DNA of 9,475 nucleotides from Octopus sinensis (lineage: Eukaryota): assembly GCF_006345805.1 (NCBI RefSeq), contig NW_021827945.1:1-9475 (forward strand), written 5' to 3'. Shown in pieces: positions 1-7,339 of this stretch. The stretch's first letter is position 1. Every line of letters starts with the position of its first letter. The translations under genes were made by a program, and so were the position numbers. The notes beneath the pieces are model-generated. The model did no database searches. It was given only the letters and a program-made list of their open reading frames with translations, and was not told the origin of the DNA.

Positions 1-98
1 ATACAACCCCTCACATGTTTCGTATCAAGTATTATAAATACCAAATTGAGACAAGAATGATACAAGTATCTACAATATTTCGCATACTTATACTCATA

Positions 99-100
99 CA

Positions 101-148
<48 letters not shown>

Positions 149-381
149 CATATATATATATATATATGAAGGGGTGATGTTAGTATATGCATAAATACAC
201 TTTTAGCGTCTCTGTTTTTCTTAAAATGTACGTATATATACCTATCTATCTATCTATCTATATATGTATATATAAATATATATATATATATATATAATGT
301 GTGTATATATGCAAAATGTGTATATATGTATATGCAAATATATATATATATATATATATGCAAATATATATATACAAATAT

Positions 382-422
<41 letters not shown>

Positions 423-500
423 AATATATGTATATATAAGTGTATGTGCGTACTCACATATGACTATATATATTTGAGTATATATGTGTGTATATCTGTG
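99..500. repeat. Compound (CA)n/(TA)n/(TATC)n microsatellites
   Basis: Direct reading: (CA)n 103-138, (TA)n 139-167, TA-rich array ~233-500 with a recurring atatgcaaat subunit. Confidence 0.95.
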
Positions 501-943
501 GATGTATCCGTGTGTTTATTTTTACATGCATTTGCATCCATACATTTCATTACATATTGTCTCTCCCTTCAAGATTCTCAAATGAAAATGCACTCAATCT
601 CCCGCCTCTTTTTTTTTTCTTGCCTCTATTGTTTTCCATATTTTCATTTCATATATTTTCCTACTTTGCTTTCGTTAAAAGCCATTAACAACATATACCG
701 CTTCGCTAGACACCAATTGTTGCAGTTAGGTGTTAAATATTTTGGTTTCAAAGAGCTTCTACATTACCAGAAATAAATTTTACCCTTTTCTGGAACCGGT
801 ATCTTGTGTGGTTTTTCTTGGAACTACGTGAAGTAGCTATTTTTAATTTCACACGTGACTATTAAGGCATTTTATTCAGTGAATCTTTTGTGGCTTGGGT
901 GTGCCACAAGTAGGAAACCCGTAAGAGAAAACTTGCCAAATAC

Positions 944-1250
944 TTTTCTACTCTAGGCACAAGGCCCGAAATTTTGGGGGAGGCAGCCAGGTGATTAGAT
1001 CGACCCCAGTACGCAACTGGCACTTAATTTATCGACCCCGATAGGATGAAATGCAAAGTCAATCTCGGCGGAATTTGAACTCAGAACGTAACGGCAGACA
1101 AAATACCGCAAAGCATTTTGCCCAGCGTGCTAACTTTTCTTACTTTTTTATTGCCCACAAGGGGCTAAACATAGAGGGGACAAAGACAGACAAAGGGATT
1201 AATTCGATCACATCGACCCCAGTGCGTAAATGATACGTAATTTATCGTCC
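944..1250 (-). mobile_element. tRNA-derived SINE family A, dimer (5' unit truncated)
   Basis: Homologous to 1648-1876, 4126-4539, 6773-7057 and 7936-8346; B-box GAGTTCAAATTCC on the minus strand; unit junction near 1140. Confidence 0.85.
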
Positions 1251-1269
1251 ATTTTTTTTTGGTGGCGGG

Positions 1270-1574
1270 GGGTCAAATAAATACACATTCGGTCTGTTTA
1301 TTGCTATGTGCAGAAACAAGACATTGGAGAGACAGCGCACAGCTTAGGGAAGCGTATAGACGAACACTGGCGGGAGCTCAAAAAAGAAGAAACGCCTGTC
1401 AGATGAAGCAGAATATGGAGGCTTGGTGGATAACATGGAGGTTAAGGTATTATCAACGCATAGAACTGATGCGACACTTAGATTACGGAAGCTACACACA
1501 TGGCAATAGACAGACCGAGCCTCAACAGAAAACACGAATGGAAAAATAACGCCCACCATCACCACACCAGTTAG
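1270..1574 (+). pseudogene. Penelope-like retroelement GIY-YIG endonuclease remnant (frameshifted)
   Basis: Manual translation: IGETAHSLGKRIDEHWRELKKEETPVR (from 1323), shift to AEYGGLVDNMEVKVLSTHRTDATLR (from 1408), shift back to ITEATHMAIDRPSLNRKHEW (from 1482), stop at 1572-1574. This fits the YIGET..L..R..EH...EA.hI...P.LN signature of the C-terminal GIY-YIG domain of Penelope-like elements. Confidence 0.8.
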
Positions 1575-2140
1575 CTGCTGGAGGGTAGTAGGTGACGCTC
1601 CTCCTGTTAGCGATATATCATAGAGAAAGGGTGCAGAGCGCTGCACCTATTTCTTTACTACCCACAAGGGGCTAACCACAGAGGGGACAAACAAGGACAG
1701 ACACACGGATTAAGTCGATTATATCGACCCCAGTGCGTAACTGGTACTTATTTAATCGACCCCGAGAGGATGAAAGGCAAAGTCGACCTCGGCGGAATTT
1801 GAACTCAGAACGTAACGGCAGACGAAATGCGGCTACGCATTTCGCCCGGCGTGCTAACGGTTCTGCCAGCTCGCCGCTGCACCGATAACCAGCTGGCGTA
1901 GAATCCGCCTGGTGTTAAACTAGTAATAGCATTCAGCTGCCACTTCGTTGTGGCAACTCGTTTTCCTATTTAATATACGTCACTACTCTATCTTCTCCTG
2001 AGACTTTATAACTAGACATCGATATAATCATAGAAATATGGCTGACTGTAACGGAGGTATCTAAGCGCTGTGGCCATACTCCCGTTTCGCAAGTGTCCTC
2101 ATTCCTTCGTGTGTTGTCTGCACGGACAATCATCAAACCT
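1575..2140 (+). mobile_element. Probable 3' untranslated/pseudo-LTR region of the Penelope-like remnant, interrupted by a SINE
   Basis: Relatively GC-rich, hairpin-rich non-microsatellite sequence continuous with the endonuclease remnant across a TSD-bounded SINE. The right boundary is uncertain. Confidence 0.4.
1648..1876 (-). mobile_element. tRNA-derived SINE family A, full-length monomer with target site duplication
   Basis: Minus-strand head GCGGCGAGCTGGCAGAACCGTTAGCA, B-box at 1794-1806, tail ...GTAAAGAAATA; direct repeat cgctgcacc at 1639-1647 and 1875-1883. Confidence 0.9.
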
Positions 2141-2564
2141 CAGCGAGAAAAACCGTGCAAAGATTCGAACATAAAACAGTGAATGCTGGCTTTATCTGAA
2201 ACTTAATTGCCATTCAAATGAATAGGAGAACGGTTCAAGGGTTCCTGGCAGAGGTGCAGGGTAAGAAGAATCCTGCCCTCAAATCACCGCCACCGTTCGT
2301 TAATTCCAAATCTGAAATACAACAAAAGAACCGTTTTGTCTGTCTGCGTATAATTGCCGACAGGGACTGGCCTTCTATTACTATTATTATCATCATTGTT
2401 GTTATTATTATTATTGAGTTGAAATCCTTTTGAAAGGGACAGTGAAATGAAGAGTAGGTGTGTGTGTATATTCTTGTATTAATCTTCGCATGTAAGCTAT
2501 GCGAATGTATAGACACACACATACATACATATATATAGAGACTTAGTAATTTTAATATTTCTAT

Positions 2565-2601
<37 letters not shown>

Positions 2602-2760
2602 ATACACAGTCACGCATATGCATATATAGAGAGAGACAGACAGACACACATACACACACACACACACACAGACAAACAGACAGACTACTAGATGCATGGT
2701 TGGATTGATAAATAAATAGATAGACAGACAGACAGATATATAGTTAGATAGATAGATAGA
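2141..2760. repeat. Local duplication, copy 1 (copy 2 at 6292-6772)
   Basis: 2141-2348 aligns to 6292-6499 (offset 4151) with 5 substitutions counted by eye; homology continues through (ATT)n and microsatellite sequence with indels. Confidence 0.95.
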
Positions 2761-3107
2761 AAGATATGCTTTATTACGTGTATGTATATATATGTATATA
2801 TATATACACACACACTCACACACACAAACACACACAAACACATATGCATAATACATACAGGCACATACTTGTGTCTCTCTGAATATATAGAAATACGTAC
2901 AAGTATCCACTCACATACTAATCTATATATATATATGTCTGTGTGTGTGCGCGTGCACCTTTGTATGTCTATATGTATACATGTATGTCTGCATGTGTGT
3001 GTGTATGCTTGTGTGCATGTATATATGTATGTATGCATGTATGTATGTATATATGTATGTATGTATGTATGTATTATGTATGTATGTACGTATGTATGTA
3101 TGTATGT
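2511..3107. repeat. Compound microsatellites (TA, CA, GATA, TATG)
   Basis: Direct reading. Confidence 0.95.
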
Positions 3108-3319
3108 AAGCTCATCACACAAGGTAAGTCACTTCCTGTCTAAGATAAAGAATGGATGTCTATAAATAGTCGTGATTTTATCTAAATTCTTGCGAAGGTC
3201 AAAGGTGAATATTTTGAATACCTGCTCAACCATTTTATAATCTTATCATTGCTCTTTAGGCCAGCGTCCGTTTACAATGGCAAAAGAACATCGAGATGAT
3301 CACCAAAGATACCAGCAGT

Positions 3320-3443
3320 TTGGTCTTGATTTCAATTCCAATACGCCGTACAAATTCGGCGTGGATTTTCTACCATAGTTCTACGCCAACCAAAGCTTTG
3401 TGACGTGGTAGACAGAAACTAAGCGAAACCCGTAGTATATGCG

Positions 3444-3476
<33 letters not shown>

Positions 3477-3477
3477 A

Positions 3478-3508
<31 letters not shown>

Positions 3509-3522
3509 TGTACATATGTATG

Positions 3523-3565
<43 letters not shown>

Positions 3566-4024
3566 TATATATGTAGTCGACGTTGCCTTTCATCCTTTCG
3601 GGGTCGATAAATAAAGTACCAGTTTCGCACTGCGGTCGATGTAATCGACTTAATCCCTTTGTCTGTCTTTGTTTGCTCCCTCTATGTTTATCCCCTTGTG
3701 GGCAGTAAAGAAATATATATAAATATAAATATATGTATGTATGTATGTATGTATCCACGCGTGTATCTATGTATATATATATTTTTTATATGTGTATGTG
3801 CGTGTGTGTGTGTATGTGCCTTTCTGCTTGTGTTTGTCGACAATCACCGTTTAACGACCGGTATTGGTTAGTTTACGTCTCTGTTAACTAGCAGTCTGGC
3901 AAAAGTAATCAACAGAATAAGTAAATAATTAACATGCTTCAAAACATTGATGGGGGCGATTTGTTCGAGTAAAACCCTTGAAGGTGGCGCTCCGGCATGG
4001 TCGCAATGCAATGACTGAAACAGA
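3320..4024 (+). mobile_element. Older SINE family B copy with internal microsatellite, interrupted by a family A fragment
   Basis: Decayed head and left arm ~3320-3436, internal (TA)/(TG) array, and right arm 3820-4024 homologous to 6035-6210 (gtttac...taact(t)agcagt...cagcatg...tgactgaaaca). Resembles octopus tRNA/CORE-type SINEs from recall; family name not verified. Confidence 0.7.
3576..3715 (+). mobile_element. SINE family A, 5'-truncated copy
   Basis: Reverse complement of the body and tail of 1648-1790; embedded in (TA)n on both sides. Confidence 0.9.
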
Positions 4025-4125
4025 TAGATGCTCAAGCATAATTGGTCCCATGAATCGCAAACAGGTTTGTTAAGAATTAAAGGAAACTGAATCATATATT
4101 GCCGAATAAAAAGAGGAAAAAAGTC

Positions 4126-4539
4126 CTTTCTACTCCAGGCACAAGGCCCCAATTTTTTTGTAGAGGAGGGAGCTACTCGATTAGCTGGTTATTAATTTAT
4201 CGACCCCGAAAGGATGAAAGGCAGAGTCAACCTCGGCAGAATTTGAACTCAGAACGTAAATACAGACGAAATACCGCTAACCATTTTACCCGGCGTGCTA
4301 ACGTTTCTTATTTCTTTATTGCCCACAAGAGGCTAATCATAGAGGGGACAAACAAGGACAGACAAAAGTATTAAGTCGATTACATCGATGCCAGTACGTA
4401 TCTGGTACTTAATTTATCGACCCCGAAAGAATGAAAGGCAAAGTCGACCTCGGCGGAATTTGAACCCAGAACGTAACGGCAGACGAAATACTGCTAAGCA
4501 ATTCGCCCAGCGTGCAAACGTTTCTGCCAGCTCGCCGCC
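4126..4539 (-). mobile_element. SINE family A dimer
   Basis: Full-head unit 4309-4539 followed on the minus strand by a head-truncated unit with an alternative tail (4126-4308). Same architecture as 944-1250. Confidence 0.9.
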
Positions 4540-4649
4540 TTACGTACATCCTTCCTGGATGCACGCACATAACTCACGAATTTCTTTCATCGTACATCTG
4601 GATATGAAACGAAACAACTGCGTTCGCGATCCAGCTGTGCGAGCCTTTA

Positions 4650-5207
4650 TATGGTATCTCGATCTGCTAGAAATAGCAGCCAGTTTGCTTTAAGCTAAAC
4701 TCGACCAATTAGGGTTTAAAAGAACACAGCATTAAATAGTCCTAGAAGCACTCCGTCGGTTACGACGACGAGGGTTCCGGTTGATCCGAATCAACGGAAC
4801 AACCTGTTCGTGAAATTAACGTGTAAGTGGCTGAGCACTCCACACAGAGGGTGACAAGGCCGGCCCTTTGAAATACAGGTACAACAGAACAAGAAAAAGT
4901 AAGAGTGAGAGAAAGTTGTTGTGAAGAGTACAGCAGGGTCACCACCATCTGCTGGAGCCTCGTGGAGCTTTAGGCGTTTCGCTCAATAACACTCACACGC
5001 CCGGTCTGGGAATCGAAACCGCGATCCTATGACCGCAAGTCCGCTGCCCTAACCACTGGGCCATTGCGCCTCCCCTTTAAATAGTCCAGAGTATACAAAA
5101 ATAAAGGAGCAACAAATGAATAAATAAATAAAACCCGATTGTTATGGCTGAAAGAATTTTGCTCATACATTTATTCAATCAATATCGATCCGTGGCTAAA
5201 CAGCAAC
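4650..5207 (+). repeat. Old dispersed repeat family C, copy 1 (interrupted by SINE 4743-5076)
   Basis: tgctagaaatagcagcca (4665-4682) is the exact reverse complement of 5430-5447; weaker homology of 5135-5207 to the reverse complement of 5251-5330. Confidence 0.55.
4743..5076 (-). mobile_element. tRNA(Arg-like)-derived SINE family D, with target site duplication
   Basis: A-box TGGCCCAGTGG (5053-5063), B-box GGTTTCGATTCC (5009-5020), GCG in the anticodon-like loop; perfect 11-bp TSD ttaaatagtcc at 4732-4742 and 5077-5087. Confidence 0.9.
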
Positions 5208-5250
5208 GGTCGTTATATTTCATGAATAGTGACCCTAACTACTGTAAAAG

Positions 5251-5470
5251 GTTGTCTTCATTTTTAATTCCCGGTGAGCCCTGATCAAGTAGAACACTGA
5301 GCAAAAGGCATTCCAAGCGTGACTATCTCGTATTTTTTTTGTATTTTTCTAACAGATTATATAAATCTACGTTATCCAGTGTGTCCTTAATCGTTTTTAA
5401 AAGACTGCCTGTATGATATGAGGGAGATTTGGCTGCTATTTCTAGCATACAAAGCGACTACGTACAAGCC
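5251..5470 (-). repeat. Old dispersed repeat family C, copy 2 (inverted relative to copy 1)
   Basis: 18-bp perfect inverted match to 4665-4682 plus a shared ttttgctca block. Confidence 0.55.
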
Positions 5471-5792
5471 TCACATAGCCATGAATTCGTTTCTTTTGTT
5501 AAACATGTGGTTTTAGAAGGGAGTAAAAATCAGCAATCGTTATCAAGGTGAAGGTCGCTTATAAATATCACTGATAGATATAAATAAATTTAGTTTTATT
5601 TAATTAAAATTTAAATATCTACTTATGAGATATAATACACAATATTTATTATAATGTGATGATTATTTAAATATAAAAATGTTTAAAATTTGTCCATAAG
5701 AGAATTAATTAAAAGCATTAATTTATATTTGTGAATCAGTGTTTGTTTATTCAGATACTTTGTATAATACTGAATGTCAAATCGTGTCAATT

Positions 5793-5914
5793 AACTCTGG
5801 TTTCTCCTCACCCAGAGCGGATAAATCTTTCGCCTTTTACTAAAGATTTCCGTGGGGAGGAACATTTAATGAGTCTATAGACTTATTTTTGAAAGCCTCA
5901 TCTAACCATGAGGC
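5793..5914 (+). ncRNA. U5: U5 spliceosomal snRNA
   Basis: Invariant loop 1 GCCTTTTAC (5832-5840) in stem aaatcttt/aaagattt (5823-5830/5842-5849); stem tttctcctca/tggggaggaa (5801-5810/5853-5862); actc/gagt closing stem; Sm site ATTTTTG (5885-5891); 3' hairpin gcctcat/atgaggc (5895-5914). Confidence 0.96.
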
Positions 5915-5961
5915 GATAATTAAATTAACATCAGACTAATTAATAGTGGGTTAATTGTGAC

Positions 5962-6212
5962 CTCCTAACCATTTTACCTCGGGTTTAGTCCCACAGTGTG
6001 TCTTCTATTGTAACCCCAGGCTGAACTAAGGTTTATGTGCTTGTCCCTCACCACTACTTTACAACCAATGTTGGTTTGTTTACACCCCGTAACTTAGCAG
6101 TTCGGCCAAGGAGCTGATAGAATTCGAACCAGGCTTTACATGAAATACTGGGTAAGTCGGTGCCCAGCATGACTGCAGTCTCCCAGTGACTGAAACAAGT
6201 GAAATAAAAGAA
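5962..6212 (+). mobile_element. Older SINE family B copy, internally deleted
   Basis: B-box-like gggtttagtccc near 5981-5992; right arm homologous to 3820-4024; A-rich end. Confidence 0.7.
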
Positions 6213-6291
6213 AAAAGACGATATATTCTTCCATTTGTTCGTCAGAATTTTAAATACCAAAAGCGTAAATAATTTAAAATGAAATAAACTA

Positions 6292-6772
6292 CAGCGAGAA
6301 AAACGGTGCAAAGATTCGAACATAAAACAGTGAATGCTGGCTTTATCTGAAACTTAATTGCCATTCAAATGAATAGGAGAACGGTTCAAGGGTTCCTGGT
6401 AGAGGCGCAGGGTAAGAAGAATCCTGCCCTCAAATCATCGCCACCGTTCGTTAATTCCAAATCTGAAATACAACAAAAGAAACGTTTTGTCTGTCTGCGA
6501 AGGACTGGCCTTCTATTACTATTATTATCATCATTATTGTTATTATTATTATTCAGTTGAAATCCTTTTGAAAGGGACAATGAAATGATGAGTACATGTG
6601 TGTATGTATATGCTTGTATTAATCTTTGCATGTAAGCTATGCGAATGTATATACACACACACATATAAATATGCATATACACAGTCACGCATATGCATAT
6701 ATATAGAGAGACAGACTACTAGATACATGGTTGAATTGATAAATACATAGACAGACAGACATATAAATAGAT
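6292..6772. repeat. Local duplication, copy 2
   Basis: See copy 1. It has a short deletion after 6499 and shorter microsatellites, and ends abruptly at a truncated SINE. Confidence 0.95.
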
Positions 6773-7057
6773 AGGATGAAAGACAAAGTCGAGCTCGGCG
6801 GAATTTGAACTCAGAACGTAAAGACAGACGAAATACCTATTTCTTTATTACCCACAAGGGGCTAAACACAGAGGGGACAGACATAGGTATTAAGTCGATT
6901 ACATCGACCCCAGTGCGTAACTGGTACTTAATTTATCGACCCCGAAAGGATGAAAGGCAAAGTCGACCTTGGCGGAATTTGAACTCACAACGTAACGCAG
7001 ACGAAATACCGCTAAGCATTTCACCCGGCGTGCTAACGACACTGCCAGCTTGCCGCC
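6773..7057 (-). mobile_element. SINE family A dimer (second unit 3'-truncated)
   Basis: Full unit 6837-7057; junction gaaatac|ctatttc at 6836/6837. Confidence 0.9.
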
Positions 7058-7149
7058 TTAATAGAGGAAAAGAATATTTGATGACGTCGTTGTTGGAAGC
7101 TCTTTGAGAGAGGGTCTGTTTGCTTCAGGTTGACTTTATAATAAACAGA

Positions 7150-7225
7150 CAGCAACAATATCGTCGAAATAAACATCAACATCATCAGCAACTACAAAAA
7201 CAAAAGCAGCAACAACAACAACATC
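7150..7225. repeat. Degenerate (CAA/CAG/CAT)n trinucleotide tract
   Basis: Direct reading. Confidence 0.75.
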
Positions 7226-7339
7226 AGAAACAGAAGGAAGTAAGATGAACGTGTGTCTTAGTTTTGAATATGATGACTGGATCAGCGTTTTGAATATGAT
7301 GCACCGGAAATCGAAGAAAATTCGATATATAATATTCTA

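Noticed and set aside
254-776. ORFs of 67, 159 and 66 aa (and similar ORFs at 2497-3165, 3370-3871, 8678-9254)
   Set aside because: Low-complexity Y/I/C/V/H/T translations of dinucleotide repeats.
888-909. Hairpin ttgtggc/gccacaa
   Set aside because: Isolated 7-bp stem with no supporting context.
1259-1549. 96-aa ORF as a real gene
   Set aside because: Off-frame overlay on the GIY-YIG remnant; non-ATG start within a poly-T junction.
1990-2056. Plus-strand hammerhead candidate (ctgaga...ttata/tataa...gaaa)
   Set aside because: Core lacks a base, stem II does not abut GAAA, and there is no adequate stem I pairing.
3260-3378. Coding exon GQRPFTMAKEHRDDHQRYQQFGLDFNSNTPYKFGVDFLP
   Set aside because: Its 3' half looks like the decayed head of SINE family B; no recognisable protein motif.
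5000-5072. tRNA-Arg gene
   Set aside because: No complete cloverleaf or acceptor stem; it continues into a SINE body and is bounded by a TSD.
5789-5929. aattaac on both sides of U5 as a TSD
   Set aside because: Only 7 bp, AT-rich, and overlapping the U5 5' end; expected by chance.
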